A DNA stretch of 64,000 nt from Heterodontus francisci (taxonomy: Eukaryota): the NCBI RefSeq assembly GCF_036365525.1, contig NC_090396.1, forward strand, positions 40,784,689 through 40,848,688, in the 5' to 3' direction. Numbering within the stretch: position 1 is the stretch's first letter; each line of letters opens with the position of its first letter. The translations under genes were made by a program, and so were the position numbers. Below are positions 14,364 to 26,082 of this stretch, piece by piece. The notes under the pieces were generated by a model. It made no database searches, was not told the origin of the DNA, and saw only the letters and a program-made list of their open reading frames with translations.

Positions 14364-14488
14364 GGCAGATTTCAGATTTCCAGCAGTATTTTGCTTTTAT
14401 TTTATTGATGTATTCTGACACAGCTAAGTATAAATGCAACCAATCATAGTACTAGGCACGATAACAATGCTCCGGGTTGTTTTCAAAT

Positions 14489-14500
14489 GAAACAGAAACT
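14489..14500 (+). promoter_or_regulatory. ISRE (GAAACAGAAACT), putative gene 1 promoter; GAS-like TTCCCTGAA at 14971-14979
   Basis: Matches GAAANNGAAACT; lies in a unique, CpG-richer patch ~6 kb upstream of the gene 1 ATG; near-identical motif precedes genes 2 and 4. Confidence 0.55.
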
Positions 14501-15721
14501 GAGTTAACTGTAATTGCAGCGGAATCGGTGAGAGCAGAGTCCGTACACTGAAACAGTGAAAGGAGCGATGCCAAAAGCTGTGAGCCTGAATTCCCCCCCA
14601 CACCCCGCACTGTTTTTATTGCGAGAGGAAAATAAGATCAGTCAGAATATAGATGTCTTGAAATGAGATTGACGCATCGGCAGAAATGCCTGCAGCTACA
14701 AGACACACGGACATCTACTGACAGTCTTTTATTACTCCTCAGGATATATCCCTCCGTATTTCGCTGCCGGCAAAGCTTCGGCAATGGCAAACTAGTATAA
14801 GGTGAAATGATTTCTAACATATGTTTGGTTGATTCACAGTCGATTTGGACCAGGCTGTATCAGCAAAGCAGTCTGAATCACCCATGGATGTGTTTCTATA
14901 GTTAATGTATTGTTTGGAAGTGACCCAGTGATTTGGATGTAAAGTTGTTGAAAGTGGCGCCATTGGCAGATTCCCTGAAATCGTTGTTTCAGGAACTTTT
15001 GTAACCAGGTTTGCGAGATTTCTCTTTAAGACTGCTCAGTGTCGCTTTTTCGTTCTTTCACTTTAGGGTCCTGGTTCATGGGTGCACCGCTTGCTTTTCA
15101 AACATTTGTGTCCAGGTATATTTCTGGATAAAAGGAAATCTTCATCGGATATCAGTAAGTGGGAGTCAGTGTCCCAACTTTCTTCACTCAGTGTTTACAT
15201 CTGATTATTTCAGATTCACCATTCTCCGTTTTACAATTTAAAGGTTCCCCGACATCATGGAGAATGCTCGGCACAGGTTTTAATCATTTGTTTACAGAAG
15301 TTCTGATAAAAGGTCACAGACCTGAAACGTTAACTCTGTTTCTCTCTCCACAGATGCTGCCTGACCTGCTGAGTATTTCTAGCACTGCCTGTTTTCGTGT
15401 GATATTTTGGCTTTTTGCAGACGGGTGAAGAAGCTGCTGACACTTTGGGTCTCACTGATGTTGGGGTTCACTTCTGGTTTTGAGGCAGTTGGAAAACAGA
15501 AGGATGGGGTCGCCTGTTATACACCCCGCCTGCTTTTCATTTCCATTTTGGGTAGGGGCATAATTGGTGGTCGACACACAACTAACAAACTGGGCAATTC
15601 CTGCCGCATCCTCCCACCCAGCCCCTCCCCCAACTACCTCTCCCCCACAGTCACAGCACACTCAGGTAAAGGGGAGAGTTGGAGGACTATTAGGACCAAT
15701 AGTTGTTTAAAACAATATTTT

Positions 15722-16061
15722 CGTTTAGAGATACAGCACTGAAACAGGCCCTTCGGCCCACCGAGTCTGTGCCGACCATCAACCACCCATTTATACTAAT
15801 CCTACACTAATTCCATATTCCTACCACATCCCCACCTGTCCCGATATTTCCCTACCACCTACCTATACTAGGGGCAATTTATAATGGCCAATTAACCTAG
15901 CGACCTGCAAGTCTTTTGGCATGTGGGAGGAAACCTGGAGCATCCAGAGGAAACCCATGCAGACACAGGGAGAACTTGCAAACTCCACACAGGCAGTACC
16001 CGGAATTGAACCCGGGTCGCTGGAGCTGTGAGGCTGCGGTGCTAACCACTGCGCCACTGTG
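15722..16061 (-). mobile_element. tRNA-derived V-SINE (HE1-like)
   Basis: Near-identical to 9151-9500. Confidence 0.85.
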
Positions 16062-16304
16062 CAGTTTTGATAGAAAACCATTCATCAGATCATGTTTTCT
16101 TTGACTGTAGCAGTCCTTAATAACTTAAACAAAGGAGCAGGAGGAGGCCATTCAGCTCCTTGGTCCTGTTCTGCCATTTTGTTAGATCAGGACAGATCTC
16201 TATCTTAACTCTCTCTACCATAACTCATCATGGCTCTGTGACCCTTAATACCCTTGCCTAACAAAAAATCTCTAAATTCAGTTTTGAAAATTTGAATTTG
16301 ACCT

Positions 16305-16683
16305 TTTTTTATTTGTGGGATGTGGGCATCACTGGATAGGCCAGCATTTATTGCCCATCCTTAATTACCCTTGAACTGAATGACTTGATAGGCCATTTCA
16401 GAGGGCATTTTTTTTTTGTAAGAGTCAACCACATTGCTGTGGACCTGGAGCCATATGTAGGCCAGACCAGCAGATTTCCTTCACTATAGGACAGCTGTGT
16501 TTTTACAACAATTGGCAGTGGTTTCATAGTCATCATTAGACTAGCTTTTCTTTAAAATCCAGATTTATTAACTGAATATAAGCTTCACCATCTGTCATAG
16601 CAGGATTTGAACCTATATCCCACAGAGCATTAGCCTGGGCTCTGATTACTACTCTAGTGACAGTACCACTATGCCACCACCTC
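16305..16683 (-). mobile_element. tRNA-headed bipartite SINE sharing both ends with the 2263-5480 LINE (other copies ~41165-41555, ~63465-63852, partial ~45852-45978)
   Basis: Box A TGGCATAGTGG and box B GGTTCAAATCC on the minus strand; body = LINE 2263-2565, tail = LINE ~5408-5475. Confidence 0.8.
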
Positions 16684-16928
16684 TTTGCAGGATGCATAAT
16701 GTAGATTTAACAGAATGATACCTGGCCTCTGAGAGTTAAATTATGAGGAGAAATTGCACAAACTAGGTTTGTAGTCCCTGGAATTGAGAAGGTTAAGTGA
16801 GGTTTTGATTCAAGTTTTCAAGCTATTAAGGGGTACAGATAAGGTACATAGAGGGAAATAATAACTGCTGGTTAGGGAGTCTAATAAGCAGAGCCAGACA
16901 TGTCCTAAAAAACAGTTCTACACACAAA

Positions 16929-17711
16929 GGCCAGGATTTCACTGAGCTCCCGACATCAGGCTCCATGGTCATTCGGCGGCGGCCCGCCATGGAGCCCGAC
17001 ACCGGGTGTGCCAGGCCCAATCTTCCTAGCAGCGGCGAGTCTCCATAACAGCCCCCTCCTGTGCTGGGTAATGGGACCTGGATTAACATATTTAAATTAA
17101 TGACATGAATACATTTAAATAAAATCAACAGCGAGCTTACCTTCAGGCCACGATCTTCCAAGTGGCGGCCAGCTCTCTCGTACCTTCACTTTTCCATCTG
17201 GGGAAGCAGGTACCACCAAGGTGGGGAAGGGAGAACTAATGATTTTTAGTGTAGTGGGGGCGGGGGGAGAGGGGGGTGTAGAATGGACTGTAAAGCAAAT
17301 TACTAGTGTAGGGGAGGGTGGGACGGGGACACCCCTGCACTTTGATCAGTTTGTTGGGGGAAGGTCAAGTGTTGAAGCTAAGTGTTTTGGGGGGAGAGGG
17401 CAAATGTTGAATTTCATTATCATTGGGGGGGAAAGGGGCGACAGATTTATCGGAAGTACATTGGGCAGGGGGCAGGGCAGTAGCCCTTTCACAATATAAA
17501 TGACCCGACACATTGCTGGTGTTGGATACCCCGCCCCCACCACCCTGTGATTGTTGTGGGGGGGGTGGGTGGGGGTGGTGGTGGTGGCCCGACCAGCTCA
17601 TTATCCTGGGCTGCTACAAGGAAGATCATGGAGGTCCGTGGCCAACACGTGCAGCCTGTCATTATTTTCATCTGCTGTCGCTCCCAGTGGCAGGAGAAGA
17701 AAATCCAGCCC
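16929..17711. mobile_element. Harbinger-type MITE inserted in a CR1 3' end
   Basis: Termini GGCCAGGATTT...AAATCCAGCCC, TSD AAA; CR1 sequence resumes on both sides. Confidence 0.75.
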
Positions 17712-18379
17712 AAAGAGTGGTAGAAGTTTGGAACTCTCTTGTGCAAATGGCTATTGATGCTAGATTAATTGTAAATTTTAAGTCTGAGATTGAAACATTC
17801 TTATTGCCCATAGGTATTAAGAGATATGGGGTAATCTACTAAGTTCCTCTCTTTGATTTATTTTTAGTTTTCCTCATATCTCTGGTACTTCATCCTCATC
17901 CTCTACTGTGAAGATTGAGACAAAGTAAGTATTTAGGAAGTCTGCCATTTCCTGATTTTCAATTACATCTGCCTTTAAGGGCCCAAGTTACTCCTAGCCA
18001 CTCTCTTTCTGTTAATATACTTGTATATAGAAAATCTCTTTCTGAAAAATATTATAAAAATCTGTGGCTTCAATCATAATTTCTGATCCTAGTGCAATAG
18101 TGCAAAATTCCACCAATATGTAAAGTAAAACTTTAAAATGAGTAAGCCACTGGACTGTGTTGATGACCTTCATTTCAGAATTTTCAAGACATAACAATAG
18201 TAAATACAATGTACTATCTGAATAGCCAATGTACAAGTATTCTTGAAGTATGGTGCTTTTTGAAACTCTACAGGTATTAGTGAGGTTATAGCTGCAGGCA
18301 TTTGTTATACTGCATTACCAGTGCAACACTGCCAGGTACACAGTGTGATTCAGAATTGACAATACCACCAGTGCATAGA

Positions 18380-18750
18380 ACCACACAACACAAAAGGAGG
18401 CCATTCAGACCATCATGCCTGTGCTGGATCTTTGAAGAGCTTAGTCCCCTTCCCCCTTAGCAATGCAAAATTTTCCTTTTCAAGCATATATCTAATTCCC
18501 TTTTGAAAGTTGCTACTGAATCTGCTCCCACCATCCTTTCAGGCAGTGCATTCCAGATCACAATAACTCACTGTGTTAATAAAAAAAACATTCCTTGTTT
18601 CGTCTCTTGTTCATTTTCCTAGCATCTTATATCTGTGCCCTCTGTTTACCAACCCTTTCCCCACTGGTAACAGTGTTTCCTTATTTGCAGTATCAAAACT
18701 GTTCATGATTTTGAATGTATCTATTAAATCTTTCTTAAGCCTTCTTTGCT
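18380..18750 (-). mobile_element. CR1 LINE 3' fragment (other CR1 pieces at ~11990-12155, 12850-13680, 16690-17830)
   Basis: RRLxxDLIxxFKIM and RGHRYK motifs on the minus strand; CR1 tail. Confidence 0.75.
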
Positions 18751-20486
18751 GGAGGACTGTGAATTGTACTCTGACTCTGACCCTCAGGGCAGTTCTGTGC
18801 TGACATGCAAGCACACAGTTTGGTTTCCATACAGTAATTTTTTTTAATGTTTTTAAAAACGTGGATAATCGCCTTTCAAATTCATTTAAATGGTTTGGTT
18901 TAACATCTCCTCTATCAATGTAGTACAGCATCAGGACTGCACTTAATTATCATTTACTGGTCTCCAGTAGAGCTTGAACTCACAACCTTCCTATTCAGAA
19001 GTAAGAGTTCTAACAGCTGAACTCAAATGTTTATGGCCTAGAACTATCACAGTGGGGTACAAGCACTTAATGCATTTGTGTGAAATTCCTTCCTCTGATA
19101 TTCTAACAGCAGTATTAATTCAATTATTTTAAACAATTGAGATGAAATCAGAAGGGAATTATGCATTTGCATACTAATGTCCCATTGTGCACTTTTAAAA
19201 CTCTATGAGCATCATTTAACAATATGTAAGAATGAATTTTACACAAGAAAATATAGAATAAAACCATCATAGTTTGTTCTTCCAAACATCCAATCTGTAC
19301 TGCTATGAATGTTGATGACTAGTGGCCTATTTGGTCATTAAGTCTTATGCTGTGGGAGCTCTGATTGTAATTAGCATCTAAGAATGTTATTCATATACTC
19401 TTTACTTCACTGTTATCCTGCTCTTTAAAGTTGAATTATTCACATATTGTTGTAAACTGCAATATTTGTTTATTAGCTTGGCTGATTTTTACCTGTGGTA
19501 AGCAGGCATCCAGGAAACGTGAAAGGCCACCCACTGAAAGCTGGCAGCCTCTCAGCGCCCCAGGGATGGGCTCTGACAAATGGGCACAGGGTGCCTGATT
19601 GAGGGCCGCTCTGCTTCCCCAACCACCCCAGGACATGAGATGCCACCCCCCCCCCCCCCCCCCCCGCCTTACCCCCCACACGACCACCCTTGCCTCACCA
19701 GGACACGAATGATCACACTGGCGAGGCAACCCTAACTTACCTTCCCTCCTGGATTCATGTCCTCGGCTGGGCTGCAGTCCCAGCAGTGGCCACCGCTCCT
19801 GTTCGCGCTGCTAGGACTAAGAGCTGATGGCCCGATTATTGGCCAACAGCTCAATGAGACAGGACTTCCTTCCTCAAGCGGGTGGAAATCCTGCCTTGGA
19901 ACAACTAAAGCCCAGGGACCCGTAAAATGTGAGACGGATCCCCAGGCCAGACAGAGGTGGGTTCGCCACCAACTTTTACATCGGTGGCCAGCTCCCGTCC
20001 GCCAGATGTAAATTCCAGTCGTTTGATTCATTGTTGACTTTTGTCCCAGATGACTAGCTAAGCCAAGATTGTGTTTGCCATTTCAGCTGGATAGAAAAGA
20101 TCCTGGGACACTATCTGGAACCCGTGGCACTGTGTAAGCATGCATGTTCAAACCACTGTGTAAGGATATCTGTTCAGATTGCAGCAGTAGCACATATGTG
20201 GAGACTGCAGCATAGTATGTATTTTCAGAGCACAGTGTAACCATGTATGCATGCACAGAAAACAGCGTAAGTGCATACATGCCGATCTCTTTTCTGAGCA
20301 GCAGAATTACACTTCAGGGCAGACACCATGCCTTGAACCCATGTTGTAGATCCCAGTCTCAGATAATACATGCCATATAAATATAGCATTTGAGTACATG
20401 CAGGGTCAAAAACAAACTGTCTCCAGTAATGTTATGTGTATTATTCTAATGTTTTAAACAGGTTCTTAACAATCTCGGAAAAAAGG

Positions 20487-20556
20487 ATGGCTACTTATTT
20501 TCCAAAAATACTTTGTTTTATTGTGCTTTTCTTCTGCCTAACCGTTCTGGCAAATA
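20487..20556 (+). CDS. Gene 1 (B7/PD-L1-like IgSF) coding exon 1: signal peptide MATYFPKILCFIVLFFCLTVLAN
   Basis: Acceptor ttttaaacag ends 20461; ATG at 20487; hydrophobic signal-like peptide; phase-1 donor A|GTGAGT at 20557. Confidence 0.85.
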
Positions 20557-20652
20557 GTGAGTTTTGTATCATTTCTGTTATATACAAAATTTCTGTTATC
20601 TACTTCTTCACCATGAAGTGTAAGTGTTAACTGATAGTCATAATTATTTCAG

Positions 20653-20982
20653 ATACATTTACAAATGTGGAGTGTAATAGCCCAGACACAGGAATACAGA
20701 ACAACCGCACTGTTTTGTTTTGTGAGTACAAGACACAAAGTGCGAAGGTATGTAATAGTACCTGGTTTTACGCTCCACTGAATACCACTAACTGGATGCA
20801 AGTTCCATGTACATCTGATAAGAAAAGAAATGCTCAGAAAAGAAAAAGGTGTCTTACAGATTTAAAGACTGCATCATTGATAATTGAGAAAACGAAAATC
20901 TTGGATGCAGGGAAATACCAGATTTTCCTAAACTGTGGATCAGATGGCTATGATACAATGTATGTAGATCTTCTGGTTAAAG
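20653..20982 (+). CDS. Gene 1 IgV-like exon (..TFTNVECNSPDTG..LFCEY..STWFY..ASLIIEKTKILDAGKYQIFLNCG..VDLLVK)
   Basis: Acceptor tatttcag|, donor G|GTAGGT, phase 1-1; B-strand Cys, C-strand Trp, E-strand ASLxI and D-x-G-x-Y motif of V-set domains. Confidence 0.9.
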
Positions 20983-21697
20983 GTAGGTAAATAAAATCTA
21001 TTTTCTTTCAACAGAGCAATACAAGAGGTAGCAATATTTCAGATCAGAGATTGAAGATGAAAACTAATATAATCGCATCAGTAAAGGAGCTATTTATAAT
21101 AATGGTCTTTTCTGGACCATTACAGTCTGCAGTCTAAGGGCATCGGGACATATGATGAGGCCAAGTACTTGTGATGATTTATCATAGATAACAATACACT
21201 TCTGGAGTTGGCTGTGATGTGCTTAGGTACAATCATCCAGAGTTCCAATTCCTGATTTATCCTTTGTGGAAGTGTGCATGAGTAGGCATTGGATGAGGAT
21301 GAGATTGAGCTCGGTTGTAAGGCCCCTGTAGTTGAAGCTCCTGCCACCACTTATTTTCCTGATTCACAAATGAATAACAACCACCCCAGCTGAGGTACTA
21401 GACAGCTGTTGGCACACATATCACCATGTTCCAGCATTGGCAACTTTTTAGTAGAGAGGAGGAATTGGAATTGAAATAAGTCATCTAAAATCACATGGTA
21501 CTCTGCTCTTTCAGTTCATTTTGACAAGAAGTAAAGCTTCACTCTTGTATGATGCAGTCCGCATGGAGTCTGTATAAAAAATATTGGGAAAATAGTTTGT
21601 GATGCTACTATAAAGGTGGGTGTTGGTCCTATTTGATCCAGTTATACATCGCTTGACTTGGGGTCTGAAGGTTAAACTTGTAAAGTATACTTTTCAG

Positions 21698-21952
21698 CTC
21701 CATATACTGTGCCACAAGTAACCAAAAGGGTGCAAGGTATTGAAAGAGGTCTTTCTTGTACTACACTTGGATATCCATTGGCAAAACTCTACTGGCAGAT
21801 TGAAAATGGAACCAATCTGACTGCCAATTCTATCATAACACAAACAGAAGATTTGTTGTACAACATCACGACTTACACTTCAGTAATTGGAGAATGGTGT
21901 TCTGTAAACTATAAATGCTTTGTATGCATTGAAAATGAATGCATATATGAAA
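21698..21952 (+). CDS. Gene 1 IgC1-like exon (APYTVPQV..LSCTTLGYPLAKLYW..LLYNITT..YKCFV)
   Basis: Acceptor cttttcag|, donor A|GTAAGT; K-APY junction and C-x3-GYP-x-A-x-x-x-W motif typical of B7-family/PD-L1 C domains. Confidence 0.9.
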
Positions 21953-23552
21953 GTAAGTTTTGGTTTTATTTACTTCTGTTTGAAATGTAAGCTTTTCAAT
22001 GATTGTGCAACTGGCCAGTTACACACACAGGACAAAATACATGGCCTGCAGTCAGTGATGGGAAATATCTTTACAAGTGATACTGTCCGATAGCTCATGT
22101 GTCATTAGTGAGTTATGGTTGGTTTCACCACTGAAAAGGCAAAATATACCTGGGTATAATGTAAAAAATATTTACCCAAGTGATTTAGGATGGTAGGCTA
22201 ATAAACTAGGCAAGAATTAGATATGATCAGTGAGATTATTAAACCTATGATCCTGAACAATACTGGTGAATTCCCCCATGGCATTGTTTTCAGTAAGACA
22301 GTGTTTTATAAGGACAAAAGCATTATTTTTTTTTAAGTGAGGTAGAGGATTAGCTGCAATGGGAAATATGGACATAAGCTGGTCCTGTAAGGAATGAACA
22401 CCTGAGGTTGTTTATGGTCTGTCCTTGAGGTGGATCAGAATGCATGTTGCTTTGGAATGTTGGAGTGTCACTTTGGCACTGCCTGGAGAAAGTTGAACAA
22501 CGTTCTATTCACAAGCACCAACAGCTTTCTTCATAACCAACAAAAAATTCAAACTGCACTCTCTCTAAATAACTCCAAAACACCCTCAATAGAGATTCAG
22601 TTAATAAATACCAAATACCATCCCGAATTTAATTGTTTATCATGGATCCATTGAGGCCACAGAACTCAGGCTGGTTTGCCTTTTCCTGCTGTTAGGCCCA
22701 CCATTGCTAGAACTGCCACAAGAATGAATATCATTTTATTCTTAATCGTATATATTTATTAATAAACATCAATCACTGTACTATACTGCCATTTCAAGGT
22801 TATGGAAGCTTGTGGCTTAGTATTGATGTTAGCAACCATCATCAGCATCTCTCTGTACTTCTGAAGCTCCCACAAATGTTGGATATAGTTGGCTGCCCTG
22901 AATTTCTGAGCCACTCCAAATGGCAAGCAGCTCATCGCCCTGGAAATTGGAAAATTGGAAGTCCAGCACTGGGCCCGAGAAAGTCAGAAACTCAGCAAAA
23001 GTCCAGGAAAATGAGAGGTCTTGTGACTATTGATCTGATATGGACAGGCATGAAGAAGGCAGCTCTCAGTGCAAATTAATGGCTGGAGATGTCAAGGAAG
23101 GACAAAGAGTAGGGCGCAAGAGAGGAAACTCTATTTGGGTTGACAGAAAAGTTAGGAAGCGTTTAACATAATCACTTGATCAAAATACGAATGATCATGT
23201 GGTTCCTGTGTGAATTCAAATTACAAGAGGTTACAGACTCAATTTTTAAAGTTATTTTTATCATCTAATGAACACAGCTATACTATGGCACTCAGCTATG
23301 CTTTTTCCCCAGATAAAGCACAATATGAACCATCAACATATTTGTGCCTCAATATATAATTAAATTATTATTTACTTATTAAGATATGATATGCATAGAA
23401 TGAAATAGATTACAAGCATTTTTTCTAAATTTGAGATGAGATCATATTTAGATTGTTAAAGGTTGTATCATTTTCATTCCTCATTACACTCTAGGCAACA
23501 AGCTTGATACAGATTGTATTGAAACATCTTATTTATATATTTGTCATTTCAG

Positions 23553-23702
23553 GATTGGAGTGTCCTAAAAGTGAAACAATCCATCAGTCACTGAAAAGAA
23601 ATACCAGAACTGTTGATGGTGTTTATTTATCTCTGGGCTTAGTAACTATTTTGGCACTTTTGGTACTTTTCTTTACAAGGTTTAATATGAATGCTGATAA
23701 AG
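23553..23702 (+). CDS. Gene 1 stalk + transmembrane exon (..VYLSLGLVTILALLVLFFTRF..)
   Basis: Acceptor catttcag|, donor G|GTAAAG; in frame with the C exon; ~19-aa hydrophobic helix. Confidence 0.85.
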
Positions 23703-23766
23703 GTAAAGGCAGAACTGTTGTTGCATAAGAGCTTTCCAAGATTCTGTTTTTCTTGTCCAATGTTAC

Positions 23767-24704
23767 TGTTACGACCAGGTCTAGGGGTCTTTTCAGCCTT
23801 CACCTGGTCTTATTATAACAGGGTTTAATGTTTTTAAACACACTGTGTTTTGAGCTCCCCCTTTGGTGAATCCTTGCTCACAGCTTTCCAATTATAGGGC
23901 AAAGAAATGAACACACCAGGTTTTCTTAGGTTTAAAGAAGAAAAGTGAAATTTATTAAACCTTAAACTTAAACTCTAATACAGTTAAGCCCATGGATATA
24001 CGATGTGCCCACGCTAGCATGCACAAGCGATGCACACATGCAAATTGGGACAGAAAAGAGCAGAAGAAAAATAAAATGGAGAGATTTGAGGCAATCTCTG
24101 AAGACTTTTTTTTACAGTGCTTCGAGCTCGCTGTAGGGTCCTTGACTGTAGGTAGTCTTGCTTTTTGTTGGGGCACAATATTCTTCTTAAACCTTGTGCA
24201 CTGTAGGAGACTTTTCTCACCTGGGGTTCATATGTCTTCAATGGTTTCCAAAGCTGGTGAGAGCGAGATGAGAGCAGACAGGAGAGAGTTCTTTTCCAGT
24301 CCCGGAGCGAACAGCTTTTTCTGAGTTTAAATTCCCTGTTGGAAGTTCAAATTCAAAAAAATCCAAGTCAGTTAGTCATGTGACTAAACTGGCCTGACCA
24401 TGTCTGTTTGTGTATTTGGCCATCTTAGTAGTTAACCTGGAATGCTTCAATATCTGGTAATCAAAAGTCCATTGTGGATTAAATTGGAGCAGGGAAGAGC
24501 TCTTTTGTCCTTTGAAGTACTGTCTGTTGATATGCTAATGTCTCTCTCCAGCCAAAGTCTCCAATTGTTTTTTTTTTAAAGCAAGTTCTTTCTGCACCAA
24601 CAACTGTTTAAAATCAATGTTCATGTGGCAAAATTAATTGTCTTCATTCTTGGCAGGTGGGGGGGGGGGGGGGGGGGGGGCGGTGGGCGGGGGCTTGCCT
24701 GACA
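23767..24704 (-). mobile_element. Solo LTR in gene 1 intron (related pieces at ~44040-44608 and ~45200-45580)
   Basis: TG..CA termini with perfect 4-bp TSD TTAC; shared sequence with 45305-45580. Confidence 0.8.
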
Positions 24705-24924
24705 TTACCTTAAGGTTTCCACCACATTACCCACCCCACCCAACCTTCCTCTTCCCCATCTCTGAGTTGTGTGAAATTGCACCACACTCTATACCTTGTC
24801 CAAGTGAGCACTCTTATATATGAGTTTAGACAGTAAGTATGGTCAAGCTATATGAAAATGCAGATAATTAGTGCTGTCTTCTCCCAGTGTCAACACAGAT
24901 TCACTTTTGCACAACACCAAAAAC

Positions 24925-25480
24925 ATCAACTTGCATTTATATAGTGCCTTTAATGGAATAAAACATCCCAAAGCACTTCACAGGAGCATAATCAGACAAA
25001 CATTGTTGCCAATCTAAAGAAGGAGGAGAGAGAGGTGGAGAATCAATGAGGTTTAGGAGGGAATTCCAGAGCTTGGGGACTAGGCTGATGAAGGCCCAGC
25101 CATCAATGGTGGAGTGATTAAAATTGGAGATGCACAAGAGGTCAGAATTGGAGAAATGCAGAGTTCCCAGAGGGCTGTAGGGATGGAGGAAATTATAGGG
25201 ATAGGGAGAGCCAAGGACAGTAAGGAATTAGAACACAAGGATGAGAATTTTAATTTTGAGGTATTGATGGGCTGGAAGCCAATGTAGGTCAGCGAGCACA
25301 AGAGTGATGGGTGAACAGGGTTTGATGCCAGTTAAGTTATGGACAGCAGAATTTTGGATGAACTCAAATTTATGGGGGTGGAAGGGGGTGAGGCAATGGC
25401 AGAGATAGGCAACGTGATGGAGGTGGAAGTAGTCGATCTTGGTGATGGAAAGGATATTCCAACTGAAGTCAGTGAATAGC
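24925..25480 (-). mobile_element. L2 LINE 3' fragment (similar at ~1340-1740 plus, ~7730-8240 and ~50600-50925 minus)
   Basis: ITLVLADLHWLP..LKIKILILVF and PKLWNSL motifs. Confidence 0.8.
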
Positions 25481-25938
25481 AATCAGAAAATCAAATTTTG
25501 ATTTTAGTCCACTTTAGATGAAAGGCACTGAGTATAATTGTAATGTTGCTGCTCTAGTTGAGATCAGCTGATTTAATTTAACCCACTACATGGGGGCATC
25601 TGGTCATTATTCCTTTGCACTCGATGTTGCATTGGGTCATCAAAGGTGCTCCTTCAAATGGCCTACCTATCCAACTGAGCTTGGGGGACTACAGGGAACT
25701 AATTTTCAGTGTCCACATTTTATTTTCTAAAACACGGTTTTGTCATTAAGCTAAAAACTTCAATAACTTGGTAACTACCTATAAAACAGTGCTATTTGGA
25801 GCTATAACATTGTGGACTGTTCCACTTTCTTGTTCATGATTATTAGAATGATCAAATTATTCAACATGTGATGTTACAAATGCAAACTACTGATATAAAT
25901 GTTACTTGAAAATTAATGTTTTCATTTTTTCTCTAAAG

Positions 25939-25983
25939 CATTAAGGCGTACATGGTCCACATCAACAACAGCTAATGTAAAAG
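25939..25983 (+). CDS. Gene 1 short cytoplasmic exon (ALRRTWSTSTTANVK)
   Basis: Polypyrimidine tract plus ctctaaag|, donor AAG|GTATGC; 45 nt, phase 1-1; followed by an 85-bp intron, mirroring gene 2. Confidence 0.7.
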
Positions 25984-26068
25984 GTATGCAACTCTTTAAG
26001 AATATATTTTATAATCTGAAGTAAGAAGTGCTACTTTACCTTTTATTAATGAACTTTTTTTCCAACAG

Positions 26069-26082
26069 ATGACACAGCATGA
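26069..26082 (+). CDS. Gene 1 terminal coding exon (DDTA*)
   Basis: Acceptor ttttttccaacag|; spliced CDS totals 864 nt (287 aa + stop). Confidence 0.6.
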
